64,000 nt of DNA from an uncultured Pseudomonadales bacterium (GTDB lineage: Bacteria; Patescibacteriota; Microgenomatia; UBA1400; MFAQ01): assembly GCA_964513845.1 (NCBI GenBank), contig CAZENT010000003.1, positions 70,809 through 134,808 of the forward strand, read 5' to 3'. The notes beneath the pieces are model-generated. The model was given only the letters and a program-made list of their open reading frames with translations. It did no database searches and had not been told where the DNA came from. The position numbers and the translations under genes were made by a program. Below, one piece after another: positions 10,028-20,401 of the stretch. How positions within the stretch are numbered: the stretch's first letter is position 1; each line of letters starts with the position of its first letter.

Positions 10028-11893
10028 ATGGAAACAAAAAAAGTAGAGTTCAAACTAAATTTAAATTTGCGAAGAATGCTGATCTGGTTTTTGATATTGT
10101 TTTTGTTTGTTCCATACATAGTTAATTTTCTTTTAGGTCAAAGCGGAGCCATGGTCGAGATGCCTTTGTCTTCGGCAATTTCTGATGTTAAAGCGGGAAA
10201 GGTGGAGTCTGTAGAGATTAAAGGAGAAGAATTAATCCTAATTTTTCCAAAAGATGCAGCCGGGAAACAAGTAATTGGTGTTTCTCGAAAAGAAGAGGGA
10301 TCCAGCTTTATGGATCAGTTGCAGAAAGCCGGAATTGACGAAAGCAAAATTAAAGTGACTGTTTCATCCCAAGATTTTAGTAAAGCTTTTTGGAGTATTG
10401 TTTCACTTGTTATTCCAATACTGGGTTTTGGAGTGCTGATGTTTTTCTTGATGCGAAGGCAGGGTGGGGGTGGAGATATGTTTGGAATTGGTAAAAGCAA
10501 AGCGAAACTATTCTCAAAAGGAAAACAAAATGTGAAGTTTAAAGACGTGGCCGGTGTTGACGAGGCAAAAAAAGAGCTGGAAGAAGTGGTCGATTTCTTG
10601 AAAAATCCAAAAAAATATCGAGATTTGGGTGCAAGAACACCCAAGGGTGTGCTTTTGACAGGACCATCCGGTGTAGGTAAAACATTAATGGCCAGAGCGG
10701 TTGCGGGTGAGGCTGGAGTGTCTTTCTTTTCGATGGCAGGATCCGAGTTTATGGAGATGTTGGTGGGTGTGGGTGCAAGCAGAGTGCGAGATTTGTTTGA
10801 TACAGCTAAAAAAGCGGCTCCAGCCATCATATTTATCGATGAAATTGACGCTATTGGTAGAACTCGTGGCGTGGGTGGCGGTATGGGAGGACATGATGAA
10901 CGTGAACAAACACTTAACCAAATATTGGTGGAGATGGATGGTTTTACTCAAACAGATAATGTAATTGTGATTGCAGCAACGAATAGACCTGACGTTTTGG
11001 ATCCGGCTCTAGTTCGCCCGGGAAGATTTGACAGAAGAGTAAATTTGGATTTGCCTGATATTGCTGGTAGAAAATCGATTGTTGAAATTCATCGAAAAGG
11101 AAAACCTTTTGCAAAAAAACTTAACTGGGATAAGGTAGCTGAGAGAACGGTAGGATTTTCCGGAGCTGATCTGGAAAATATGCTTAACGAAGCCGCAATT
11201 TTGGCAGCAAGAGACAATAGAAAAGAAATTTGGATGGTAGATATTGAAGAGGCGGCCATGAAAGTGAAGATGGGACCTGAGCGAAAAAGACTGCAGTCTG
11301 AGCTGGAACGAAAAATGACGGCATATCACGAAGCAGGCCATGCTTTGGTGGGTCATCTCCTTCCCGGAACTGACCCAATTCATCGTTTGAGTATCGTTTC
11401 TCGAGGAATGGCTCTTGGATTTACCATGAGTAGACCTAAAACCGACAAGTATCAGCAAACAAGAACTGAGCTTATGGACGAGATTGCCATGTCTTTGGGT
11501 GGAAGAGCGGCCGAACAGCTAATCTTTAATGAACTAACTGCCGGAGCAGCATCGGATATCGAGAGAGCAACAATGCTGGCTCGACGCATGGTGGTTGATT
11601 TTGGTATGAGTGATCTGGGTCCTGTCGCGATGGGCCAGATGACCGAAATGAATAACTGGGGATATTCATATGGTGAAACAGTAAGACTATCTGAAGCCAC
11701 ACAAGCAAAGGTGGATAATGAGATCAAGAAGCTTGTCGATGATGGTCTGAAGACCGCAGAAAGGGTCTTAATGGGCAACAAGAAGGTTTTAGATAAAATA
11801 GTGACCAGACTTATGAAAGTGGAGACTTTGGAGCAAGAAGAATTTGAAAAAATCGTTGGCAAACCAAAAGCGGTGTTTGTGATTAAAAAATGA
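10028..11893 (+). CDS. ftsH: ATP-dependent zinc metalloprotease FtsH
   Basis: Two TM segments, [28 protein letters not shown]. Confidence 0.97.
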   Translation: METKKVEFKLNLNLRRMLIWFLILFLFVPYIVNFLLGQSGAMVEMPLSSAISDVKAGKVESVEIKGEELILIFPKDAAGKQVIGVSRKEEGSSFMDQLQKAGIDESKIKVTVSSQDFSKAFWSIVSLVIPILGFGVLMFFLMRRQGGGGDMFGIGKSKAKLFSKGKQNVKFKDVAGVDEAKKELEEVVDFLKNPKKYRDLGARTPKGVLLTGPSGVGKTLMARAVAGEAGVSFFSMAGSEFMEMLVGVGASRVRDLFDTAKKAAPAIIFIDEIDAIGRTRGVGGGMGGHDEREQTLNQILVEMDGFTQTDNVIVIAATNRPDVLDPALVRPGRFDRRVNLDLPDIAGRKSIVEIHRKGKPFAKKLNWDKVAERTVGFSGADLENMLNEAAILAARDNRKEIWMVDIEEAAMKVKMGPERKRLQSELERKMTAYHEAGHALVGHLLPGTDPIHRLSIVSRGMALGFTMSRPKTDKYQQTRTELMDEIAMSLGGRAAEQLIFNELTAGAASDIERATMLARRMVVDFGMSDLGPVAMGQMTEMNNWGYSYGETVRLSEATQAKVDNEIKKLVDDGLKTAERVLMGNKKVLDKIVTRLMKVETLEQEEFEKIVGKPKAVFVIKK

Positions 11894-12810
11894 GGAAACT
11901 GATACTAATTGATGGCAACTCGCTTCTACATCGGGCGTATCACGCCTTTCCTCCAACACTGACAACAGCTAAAGGAGAATTGATAAACGCTGTTTACGGA
12001 TTTTCATCGATGCTTTTGACTATTCTTGAAAAGTTAGGTCCAACTCATGTGGCGGTTGCCTGGGATGTAAAAGGTCCGACTTTTAGAAAGCTGGAGTATG
12101 TAGAGTACAAAGCCCAGCGAGGACCAATGGATGAAGATTTGGCCTCTCAAATTGAGAGAACGAAAGAAGTTGTTTCTGTTTTGAATATTCCACAGTTTGG
12201 AATCGAAGGATATGAAGGAGATGATGTTATTGGAACACTGGCAAGACAAGCCACTGATGAGATATCGGAAAAAGATACTCAAGTGGTAATTGTGACAGCC
12301 GATAGAGATGCGCTTCAATTAATTAAAGAGAAGCAAATTGTGGTTTATTTACCCTTACAAAACAAAGCTTCTCAAGCCGTAGTTTTTGATGAAGACAAGG
12401 TGAAGGAAACTTATGGTTTTGAACCAAAACGAATCGTAGATCTAAAAAGTTTGATGGGTGATTCGTCAGATAATATTCCGGGAGTTAAAGGGGTTGGAAA
12501 GGTTACTGCAACAAAACTAATTTTGGATTTTGGTAGTTTGGATGGTGTATATCAAAATATTGATAGCGACAAAATAACTAAAAGAGTCAGAGAGATGTTG
12601 ATAGCCGAAAAGCAAATGGCTTACCAAAGTTTTAAACTAGCAGAAATTAACAAGGAGGCACCGCTAAATATTAATTGGGAAGATTGTCTCTTGTCGAATT
12701 ATGATAAAAGTAAAGCAGTGGAGTTATTTAAGGAATTAAATTTCAATAGCATTATCGCTCGTTTACCTAAAGATTCTTGGGAGAAAGAAACGGAGGAAAT
12801 ATTTTTATGA
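11890..12810 (+). CDS. Stand-alone 5'-3' exonuclease (DNA Pol I N-terminal domain)
   Basis: LIDGNSLLHRAYHA, YKAQR, EGDDVIGT, DRD, GDSSDNIPGVKGVG H3TH; ends at 306 aa with no polymerase domain. Confidence 0.9.
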   Translation: MRKLILIDGNSLLHRAYHAFPPTLTTAKGELINAVYGFSSMLLTILEKLGPTHVAVAWDVKGPTFRKLEYVEYKAQRGPMDEDLASQIERTKEVVSVLNIPQFGIEGYEGDDVIGTLARQATDEISEKDTQVVIVTADRDALQLIKEKQIVVYLPLQNKASQAVVFDEDKVKETYGFEPKRIVDLKSLMGDSSDNIPGVKGVGKVTATKLILDFGSLDGVYQNIDSDKITKRVREMLIAEKQMAYQSFKLAEINKEAPLNINWEDCLLSNYDKSKAVELFKELNFNSIIARLPKDSWEKETEEIFL

Positions 12811-13916
12811 AAATTGCTTTAGTTCATGATTTTATAAAAGAGTTTGGCGGAGCAGAGAGAGTGCTTCGGGTTTTGGCTGATATGTATCCTAACGCTCCGA
12901 TTTATACCGCTTTTAGAGTAAACGGATCAAGTTGTGACAGAAAATTTGCTGATAGAAAAATCATCGAAAGTAAATTTGGGTGGCTGATTAAACATGGAAA
13001 TCTTTATAGCCCGTTGCGGTTTTTAGTGCCTTGGATCTGGAAGTCGATTGATCTTTCCGATTATGATTTGGTGATTACTTCTTGTTCATCATATTTTGCT
13101 CGTGGATTTAAAGTAAGTTCAAAAACAAAAGTCATTGCTTATTGTCATACGCCTCCAAGATTTTTGTATGGATATGAAATGAGTATCAATTTGATGAAGT
13201 ACTGGATTGTGCGTGTGTACGCTACGATTGTAAATCACTATTTGCGAATCTTTGATTTGTGGTCTTCGGAGCGAGTAAACAAATGGTTGGTAAATTCTAA
13301 AAACGTACAACAAAGAGTGTGGAAATATTATCGTAAAGAAGCAACTGTGATTTATCCTCCCGTAGAAGTGGAAAAGATGATTGAAGCCAGTAAAAATATT
13401 AAAAAACAGAATTACTTTTTTATTGTGTCGAGACTCGTGGGCGCAAAGGGTTTGGTTGAGGCGGCACAGGCGGCAAACCATTTGGGCTTTCCTTTGAAAA
13501 TAGCAGGCGAGTCCGTGGGCTTTTCGCAAGTAGAAAATCAGCTAAAAGAAATTGAAGGTGTTGAGTTGCTTGGTTCGGTTGATGACAAAACATTGTGGAA
13601 ACTATATGCCGGAGCGAAGGGGTTTTTTGCCCTTGCTAAAGAAGAAGATTTTGGAATGACACCAGTTGAGTCAATGGCAGCAGGAACGCCAGTAATTGCT
13701 TTTTATGGGGGAGGTTTTAAGGAAACGGTGATTGAAGGAGAGACCGGTGTGTTTGTAAAAGGAACAGACGTAAACTCTTTGGAGGAGGCTATGGAGCGCT
13801 TTAATAAAGTAAAGTGGAGCAGAGAAAAACTTATTGACAGAGCAAGGCAGTTCTCAAAAGAAAAATTTATCAGAAATATCAAAAACGAAGTGGAGAAAAT
13901 ATATGAAAGTAAATAA
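12807..13916 (+). CDS. Glycosyltransferase family 4
   Basis: MKIALVHD...GGAERVL, YCHTPPR, EDFGMTPVESMAAGTPVI; ATG 12807 overlaps upstream stop. Confidence 0.92.
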   Translation: MKIALVHDFIKEFGGAERVLRVLADMYPNAPIYTAFRVNGSSCDRKFADRKIIESKFGWLIKHGNLYSPLRFLVPWIWKSIDLSDYDLVITSCSSYFARGFKVSSKTKVIAYCHTPPRFLYGYEMSINLMKYWIVRVYATIVNHYLRIFDLWSSERVNKWLVNSKNVQQRVWKYYRKEATVIYPPVEVEKMIEASKNIKKQNYFFIVSRLVGAKGLVEAAQAANHLGFPLKIAGESVGFSQVENQLKEIEGVELLGSVDDKTLWKLYAGAKGFFALAKEEDFGMTPVESMAAGTPVIAFYGGGFKETVIEGETGVFVKGTDVNSLEEAMERFNKVKWSREKLIDRARQFSKEKFIRNIKNEVEKIYESK

Positions 13917-14460
13917 TTCTTTAAAGGTTTTGTTTTCGATTAATTCGATATTTGTTTTTGCTAGTCAGCTTTTGGGACCGCTTTTTGCGGTATATGTAAT
14001 GAAAATAGATGGCGGAGTGATGTTAATTAGTTTGGCAACTTCAACCCAACTATTATCATCAACTTTGTTTTTGACTCTTGTGTCGAAATGGGGAATAAAT
14101 GTAAAAGAGAGAGAATATTTGTTGGCGGGAGGATATCTATTAAGAGCCTTTGGTTGGCTAGGGTATATTTTTATTACAACGCCTGTGGGTTTGGTTTTGT
14201 TACAACTAGTTTTTGGACTGGGAGAGGCACTAGGAACACCCTCGTTTAACGCTATCTTTGCTGAACATGTTAGTAAAGAAAACGATGTTTCGATGTATGC
14301 TGATTGGTCGGTGATTTCAAACTTAATTATGGCACTCGGAACGATTCTAGGTGGATTGCTGGTAACTGTGTGGGGGTTTGAAGTGTTGTTTGGAATTATG
14401 TCTGCGATGGCGCTAATATCTTTTGCCGCAGTGCTGACTTTACCAAGAAAAATTTTATAA
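13903..14460 (+). CDS. Half-size MFS-like membrane protein (about 6 TM)
   Basis: Hydrophobic 185 aa from ATG 13903; GLGEALGTPSF and GTILGGLL resemble one MFS domain. Confidence 0.7.
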   Translation: MKVNNSLKVLFSINSIFVFASQLLGPLFAVYVMKIDGGVMLISLATSTQLLSSTLFLTLVSKWGINVKEREYLLAGGYLLRAFGWLGYIFITTPVGLVLLQLVFGLGEALGTPSFNAIFAEHVSKENDVSMYADWSVISNLIMALGTILGGLLVTVWGFEVLFGIMSAMALISFAAVLTLPRKIL

Positions 14461-15308
14461 TGCCTGAATTACCGGAAGTAGAAACGATTCGAAGACAATT
14501 GGAGGAAGTGTTGGTTGGTAAAAAAATTGAAAGAGTTGAAGTGCTAAGACAAAAAAGTTTTGGAGGAGATGAAAATATGCTCATTGGCTGGGAAATTGAA
14601 AGGGTGGATAGAAAATCTAAAATAATTGAGATCTATTTCAAGAATCAAGTTGAGCTATTGATAGTTCATCTTAAAATGACAGGACAGCTGGTGTTTGTGG
14701 GTGATAAAAAGCGCATTGTGGGTGGACATCCAACTGCAGACTGGGTAAACAATCTTCCAAGTAAACATACAAGAGTGAAAGTAAGTTACAGTGATGGTTC
14801 AAAATTGTTTTTCAATGACATGAGAGTGTTTGGCTGGATGAGATTAGTGAAAAAACAAGAATATGAAAACGGAACAAGGAAGACTTCTCCAGATGTTACA
14901 GAAAAAGAGTTTTCATTGGAGTATTTGTCTGATGTTTTGAAGAAATCCGGTAGAGCTATAAAACTGGTATTGATGGATCAAGATAAAATTGGAGGAATAG
15001 GTAATATTTACGCGAACGATGCTCTTTACTTGGCTAAAGTGATGCCTAATAGAAAAGCTAACAGTTTGAACAGTAAGGAAGTAGAAAATTTGCTGGCTGC
15101 AACAAGAGAAGTAATAAATAAAGGAATTAAATATGGAGGTGCAAGTGCGGCAAACTATGTGGATACGAGAGGTTTGGGGGGAACATATCAAGATCACTTT
15201 TTGGTTTATAAAAAAGATGGACAAGTTTGTAATAAATGTAAGGGGAAAATATTGAAAATGAAGATTGGGGGCAGGGGGACTTTTTATTGCCCGAAATGCC
15301 AGAAGTAA
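14460..15308 (+). CDS. mutM: Formamidopyrimidine-DNA glycosylase
   Basis: MPELPEVET, HLKMTG, GIGNIYA, C-terminal CxxC...CPKCQ zinc finger. Confidence 0.96.
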   Translation: MPELPEVETIRRQLEEVLVGKKIERVEVLRQKSFGGDENMLIGWEIERVDRKSKIIEIYFKNQVELLIVHLKMTGQLVFVGDKKRIVGGHPTADWVNNLPSKHTRVKVSYSDGSKLFFNDMRVFGWMRLVKKQEYENGTRKTSPDVTEKEFSLEYLSDVLKKSGRAIKLVLMDQDKIGGIGNIYANDALYLAKVMPNRKANSLNSKEVENLLAATREVINKGIKYGGASAANYVDTRGLGGTYQDHFLVYKKDGQVCNKCKGKILKMKIGGRGTFYCPKCQK

Positions 15309-15332
15309 ACGGAGGTACGGTACAATAAGTGC

Positions 15333-16385
15333 GTGGCCTTGAGAAATATTACTTTATCCGATTTTCGAAACTATGAGAATAAAACGTTCGAGTTTTCTGA
15401 TGGAGTGACGGTAATCGCTGGAGAAAACGCGAAGGGGAAAACGAATATTTTAGAAGCGATTTATTTGTTGGGAGTTGGTGAGAGTTTTCGAGCAAAAAGA
15501 ACTGAAGAGATGGTTCGATTTGAACAAGAAATAGGCAGAGTATCAGGAGAGGTGCCTTTGTCAAAGAAGGATAGTATTACTTTGGAAGTGGTGGTGAATA
15601 GTGGGGTGGTGATGGGAAAAGTGGTGAATAAAAGAAAGTATTTGGTCGATGGGGTGGTCAGAAGAAGAAAAGATATTTTAGGATATTTACCCCTGGTGTT
15701 GTTTCGACCGGAAGATGTGGAATTGATTAGTGGATCACCTGATGTGCGACGGAAATTTTTGGATAGATTGATGATTCAAGTCGACAAAGAGTATGAACAT
15801 AGCTTGAGTACTTACGAACAAGCTCTCAGAAGAAGAAATAGAGTTCTCGACGCAGTGAGAGATGGAACCGCAAGTAGATATTCTTTGACATTTTGGGACG
15901 GATTACTGATTAAACATGGACAGGTGATACAGGAAAAGCGACGAGAACTAATAGACTATATAAATAATTTATTTGAAAAGAGCGAGTTGTTCAATAAACT
16001 GAAAATAGTTTATGACATAAGTGTGATTAGCGAGTCCAGACTGGCGCAGTATGCAGGGGCAGAGGTGTCTGTGGGCTACACTTTGGTAGGGCCACATAAA
16101 GATGATTTGATAATCAAAGAAGAAACTCGAGATTTGCTAACCTATGGCTCAAGGGGAGAGCAAAGAATGGCGGTTTTGGCTTTGAAAATGGGAGAGATAT
16201 ATTATCTTGAAGAAAAGGGAAAGAAAAAGGCGACACTGCTATTAGATGATATTTTTTCTGAACTGGATGACACTCACAAGCAAGAGGTATTGAGGGTAAT
16301 GTCCGGAAGACAAGTAATTGTGACGACGGCCGATGAAGAAGATCTGGAGATGTTTAAGAAGGCAGAGATAATTAAGCTTAGTTAG
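15333..16385 (+). CDS. recF: DNA replication and repair protein RecF
   Basis: FRNY, GENAKGKTNILEAI, GPHKDD, SRGEQR, LLLDDIFSELD. Confidence 0.93.
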   Translation: MALRNITLSDFRNYENKTFEFSDGVTVIAGENAKGKTNILEAIYLLGVGESFRAKRTEEMVRFEQEIGRVSGEVPLSKKDSITLEVVVNSGVVMGKVVNKRKYLVDGVVRRRKDILGYLPLVLFRPEDVELISGSPDVRRKFLDRLMIQVDKEYEHSLSTYEQALRRRNRVLDAVRDGTASRYSLTFWDGLLIKHGQVIQEKRRELIDYINNLFEKSELFNKLKIVYDISVISESRLAQYAGAEVSVGYTLVGPHKDDLIIKEETRDLLTYGSRGEQRMAVLALKMGEIYYLEEKGKKKATLLLDDIFSELDDTHKQEVLRVMSGRQVIVTTADEEDLEMFKKAEIIKLS

Positions 16386-16422
16386 AACCAAAATATTGTC
16401 TGTCGCTTGTATACTGATAGTC

Positions 16423-17289
16423 ATGGATGTGAAGAAGTTTGATCAACATAGTTTTGCCGAGTGTAAGACATTCAAAAGTATTGGTGATAAGTATTCTGCC
16501 GGACAAATTACAATAATTGGTGGGAGCAAGTTGTTTCACGGAGCTCCAATTTTGGCTCTGAAAGCGGCCTCGAGAATGGTGAGTATGACTTATTTTTCCA
16601 GCCCGATGGAGGACAAGTATGTGGTGGAAAGAATCAAGTCGTCTTTGTCTAGTTTTGTGTGGGTAGATAGAGAAGATGTTGGAGTGTATGTAGCCAAGTC
16701 GGATGCTGTATTAATTGGCCCCGGCTTGATGAGAAGTCATGTAAAAAACATGGAGTTTGCATGTGATTCCGAAGGAGATGAAACGAGAAAAATGAGTATA
16801 GAGTTATTTAAAAAATATCCCGAAAAAAAATGGGTGATTGACGGAGGAACTTTGCAGGTTGTAAAGATTGAGGATATTCCCAAAGGAGCAGTAGTAACAC
16901 CAAATAGAAAAGAGTTTGAAATGATGTTTGGTGAAAAACTGAAAGACAATTTTTTGGATCGGTGTCAGCAAGTTATGGATTTGGCAAAGAAGCATGAGAT
17001 TGTTTTGTTGACGAAAGATGATGTTTCGATTGCCAGTGATGGAATGGAGGTTTGGGCGATAGAGGGTGGAAATAAAGGGTTGGTTAAGGGTGGGGTTGGA
17101 GATGTAATTGCCGGGCTTACGGTGGGATTGATGGCTAAAAATTCGCCTTTGTTTTCGGTGTGCGCCGCTTCATATTTGTCAAAAAAGGCGGCAGAGAAAC
17201 TGACTGAAAAACGAGGCTTTATGTTTAATTCCGATGATCTGGTGGAAATGGTGCCAAAAATCTTTGGTGATATGACTGGTGGGTTGTGA
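16423..17289 (+). CDS. nnrD: ADP-dependent NAD(P)H-hydrate dehydratase (YjeF C-terminal)
   Basis: IIGGSKLFHGAP, IGPGL, VIDGG, TPNRKEF, GGVGDVIAG; ATG 16423 follows TATACT. Confidence 0.8.
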   Translation: MDVKKFDQHSFAECKTFKSIGDKYSAGQITIIGGSKLFHGAPILALKAASRMVSMTYFSSPMEDKYVVERIKSSLSSFVWVDREDVGVYVAKSDAVLIGPGLMRSHVKNMEFACDSEGDETRKMSIELFKKYPEKKWVIDGGTLQVVKIEDIPKGAVVTPNRKEFEMMFGEKLKDNFLDRCQQVMDLAKKHEIVLLTKDDVSIASDGMEVWAIEGGNKGLVKGGVGDVIAGLTVGLMAKNSPLFSVCAASYLSKKAAEKLTEKRGFMFNSDDLVEMVPKIFGDMTGGL

Positions 17290-17318
17290 TTTACCGCAAA
17301 TGATGCGAAAATAATGGG

Positions 17319-18419
17319 GTGTTTAGTCCACGTTTTGTAATTACCAACAAGATTCTTAATAATCTAATTGAGCTCGAAAGGGCGATGTTGGTGGTTGATT
17401 TGGCGACATTACAACCAGAGTGGGAGACAAAACTTAAACTTGAGTGTCTAACAAGAAGGGCATACAGCGTATTGCATTTTTTGGGAGCCTCCCTGGACAT
17501 CGACGATGTGGCAAAAATTGTAAAGGATGATCCCGAGAGAGATGTAAAACCTACTCAACTAGCATTAAGAACTGGAGTTGTGGCAAAAGAAAAAGATGTA
17601 CAGAGAGCGATTAACTGGCTAAATGCCAACAAACTGGTCAACCAAACTGCATATTTGTCCAACAAGTTCAAACAAGAAATATTCGGAGAAAAAGATTTAA
17701 TTACTTTGAATTCTCTCATAGGTGAACGAGTGGTAAACACTGCGTCTTTGGGAGGATATCGAGAGACATCAAATCTGGAGTACCCGGAGATAAAGTCGCC
17801 TCCATCTGTGGAGGTTAAATACCAGATGGAAGATTTGTACTCATGGTTTAAGGGTGCTTCAAAGCTAGATATCCACCCAATAATCAAAGCCACAATAATG
17901 ATGGTTGAGATTTTGAGAATTCGGCCATTTGAAGAGAATAATTTATGCACTTCGTTGTCATTTACTAGTCTGGTGCTAACAAGTGAGGGTTATGGTATGA
18001 AAGAGCTGTGCTCGTTTGAAGAGGATTTGCTAAAAAATAGACCAAGAATAATTGAAATTTATGGAATAACTGTGGACAGCGGAGATCTTACCGGATGGTT
18101 GGAGTTTGTGACAAAGATGTTTGCTGATGCGGCAGAAAAAACTAGAGTGAAGATAATGAATTTGGTGGGTGATAGGCCTATCTTTAAATCTGAGGGGGGT
18201 AAGGTAATTTCTCTTTCTGAAAGACAGATAACCATCATGGAAGAGATGACGATTCAAGGCGAAATGACCATAAAGGAAATTAGAGAAATATTACCGATGG
18301 TTTCGGATGATACGATTTTGAGGGATTTGAAGGATTTGATTTTGAAGAAACTTTTGAGAAAGAAGGGTAAGACAAAAGGGGCGGTGTATGTATTGGGGAA
18401 GGTGAAGGGGTTTAAGTAA
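17319..18419 (+). CDS. Fic/Doc-fold protein with C-terminal HTH, degenerate active site
   Basis: HPIIKA helix followed by IRPFEENNLCTS in place of HPFxDGNGRxxR; C-terminal SDDTILRDLKDL HTH. Confidence 0.75.
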   Translation: MFSPRFVITNKILNNLIELERAMLVVDLATLQPEWETKLKLECLTRRAYSVLHFLGASLDIDDVAKIVKDDPERDVKPTQLALRTGVVAKEKDVQRAINWLNANKLVNQTAYLSNKFKQEIFGEKDLITLNSLIGERVVNTASLGGYRETSNLEYPEIKSPPSVEVKYQMEDLYSWFKGASKLDIHPIIKATIMMVEILRIRPFEENNLCTSLSFTSLVLTSEGYGMKELCSFEEDLLKNRPRIIEIYGITVDSGDLTGWLEFVTKMFADAAEKTRVKIMNLVGDRPIFKSEGGKVISLSERQITIMEEMTIQGEMTIKEIREILPMVSDDTILRDLKDLILKKLLRKKGKTKGAVYVLGKVKGFK

Positions 18420-18427
18420 AAAGAAAA

Positions 18428-18615
18428 ATATTTCTCCTTTTCCTCTTTTGTCACTTAGTATTTTATGACGTCGCCAGTAGCGACCGTCGGTTCCTATTTT
18501 CTTGATTCTCGTCCGCTCATCGCGTAGACTCGCAGACAGTAGTCTGACATCAAGAAAATTACGGACGTGCGACTCATTGTCATAAAAACTAATTGCCAAA
18601 CGGAAAGAGAAATGT
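18428..18615 (+). repeat. Structured repeat family R1, copy 1
   Basis: About 190 bp nested imperfect inverted repeat, near-identical to 21041-21232 and 35207-35398. Confidence 0.9.
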
Positions 18616-18677
18616 GAAACTTATTACGGTCTGTTAAACAGCACTCCGAATGAGTGTGTGTGAGTTACAATTGACTC

Positions 18678-20387
18678 ATGCTATTTAAGGAATTTTCTCA
18701 GTATTTGGAAAAGTTGGAAAAGATTTCGTCGAGGCTTTTGATTACTGATGTTTTGGCTGAGTTGATCGAAAAAATGGAGGTTAAGGAAACTAGCAAGGGA
18801 ATATATTTGGTTTTGGGACAGCTGGGTCCTGACTTTGCCAATCAAGAGTTTGGAATGGCTGTAAAAATGGTGATCAGAGCCATTGCTATAGCCACAGAAA
18901 GACCAATTGAAGAAATTACAAAAGCGTACAAGCAAAAAGGTGATTTGGGCCTTCTTTTGGAAGATTTACCTTTTGAAAATGAAAAAAGTGTAAGCCATAG
19001 TTTGAGTGAAATATACGAATATTTATTAGCCCTTGCTCAAGATGGAGGTGCCGGAAGTCAGGATAGAAAGGTAAATAAACTGGCCGAGATGTTTTTGGAA
19101 GTGAGCGCAACAGAGCGAAAATATATTTCGAGAATGGTGGTGGGGAGGTTAAGACTTGGTTTTTCGGCCAAAACGATATTCGACGCTTTATCTCAAATGG
19201 AAAGTGGAAATAAAACCTTGCGTAAAGAACTCGATTCGGTGTTCCAAATTTATCCCGATCCGGGACACATTACAACAGTGGTAAAGGAAAAAGGAATGGC
19301 AGGGCTTGCTGATATTAAGGTTGAGGTGGGAGTGCCTGTGGTACCCGCTCTGTGCCAAAGACTCAACGAGTATGATGAAATCGTAAAGAAGATGAGAGAT
19401 CTTGCGGTTGAGAGAAAATTCGATGGAACTCGTCTGCAAATTCACTTTAATAGACTAAAGAACGAGGTAAAGACATTTACTAGAAACTTGGAAGAAAACA
19501 GCTGGATGTTTCCTGAGCTTTTGGAGATGGGAAAGTGGACAAAAGCAGATAAGTTAATTATGGATTGTGAAGCGGTTGGTTATGATAAGGCAACGCAGAA
19601 AGTGGTTCCCTTTCAACTAACCATGACGCGAAAGCGAAAACATAATATTGGAAATGCGGCGGAGGCGGTGCCGATTAGATTTTTTACCTTTGATATTTTA
19701 AGTTTGGATGGAGAGAGTTTGATCGATAAACCATATTTTGAAAGAAGAGAACTGCTGACTAAAGCAATACTGCCAAATGATGTGATTGTAGTTGATGAGT
19801 ACGTTCGTGTGGATGAGCCAAGTGAAGTAATGAAGTTTCACAGACAGTACTTGGCTGAGGGTTATGAGGGAGCCGTGATGAAAGTGTGGAATGGCAAGTA
19901 TTTGCCTGGTAGACAAGGTTGGAACTGGGTAAAAATAAAAGAGGTTGAGGGTACTTCAGGAAAACTTTCTGACACTTTGGACCTTGTTGTTTTGGGATAT
20001 TACTATGGACGAGGAAAAAGAGCCGGGTTTGGAATTGGAGCATTTTTGGTCGGACTTAAAAAAGGTGAGTCTTGGGTATCGATTGCGAAAATTGGAACGG
20101 GCTTAACAGATGATGAGTTTAGAAGTTTAAAGAAGAACCTCGAGGAGCTGGAGCTTAAAGGAAAACCAGAAAATTACATGGTGGAGGGGACTTTGTTGGC
20201 TGATGTCTGGGTATCTCCCAAAATTGTAGTTGAGGTGGCCGCGGATGAGGTTACCGTAAGTAGTGTTCATGCCGGAGGAATCGCCCTTCGTTTCCCTCGC
20301 CTTGTGAGATTCCGAGAAGACAAAGGTGCAGATCAATCGACAACCTGGAAAGAAGTAGAAGAGATAGCGAAAATCTCTAAAGTATAA
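18678..20387 (+). CDS. ATP-dependent DNA ligase (archaeal/eukaryote-like)
   Basis: N-terminal DNA-binding domain, ERKFDGTRLQIH motif I, FDIL, EGAVMK, WVKIK, GTGLTD, ALRFPR. Confidence 0.93.
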   Translation: MLFKEFSQYLEKLEKISSRLLITDVLAELIEKMEVKETSKGIYLVLGQLGPDFANQEFGMAVKMVIRAIAIATERPIEEITKAYKQKGDLGLLLEDLPFENEKSVSHSLSEIYEYLLALAQDGGAGSQDRKVNKLAEMFLEVSATERKYISRMVVGRLRLGFSAKTIFDALSQMESGNKTLRKELDSVFQIYPDPGHITTVVKEKGMAGLADIKVEVGVPVVPALCQRLNEYDEIVKKMRDLAVERKFDGTRLQIHFNRLKNEVKTFTRNLEENSWMFPELLEMGKWTKADKLIMDCEAVGYDKATQKVVPFQLTMTRKRKHNIGNAAEAVPIRFFTFDILSLDGESLIDKPYFERRELLTKAILPNDVIVVDEYVRVDEPSEVMKFHRQYLAEGYEGAVMKVWNGKYLPGRQGWNWVKIKEVEGTSGKLSDTLDLVVLGYYYGRGKRAGFGIGAFLVGLKKGESWVSIAKIGTGLTDDEFRSLKKNLEELELKGKPENYMVEGTLLADVWVSPKIVVEVAADEVTVSSVHAGGIALRFPRLVRFREDKGADQSTTWKEVEEIAKISKV

Positions 20388-20401
20388 GGTATGATTTATT
20401 G

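Noticed and set aside
18291-18599. Minus-strand ORF over R1; likewise 46313-46546 and 59330-59590 over R2
   Set aside because: Translations of palindromic repeats with no independent coding signal.
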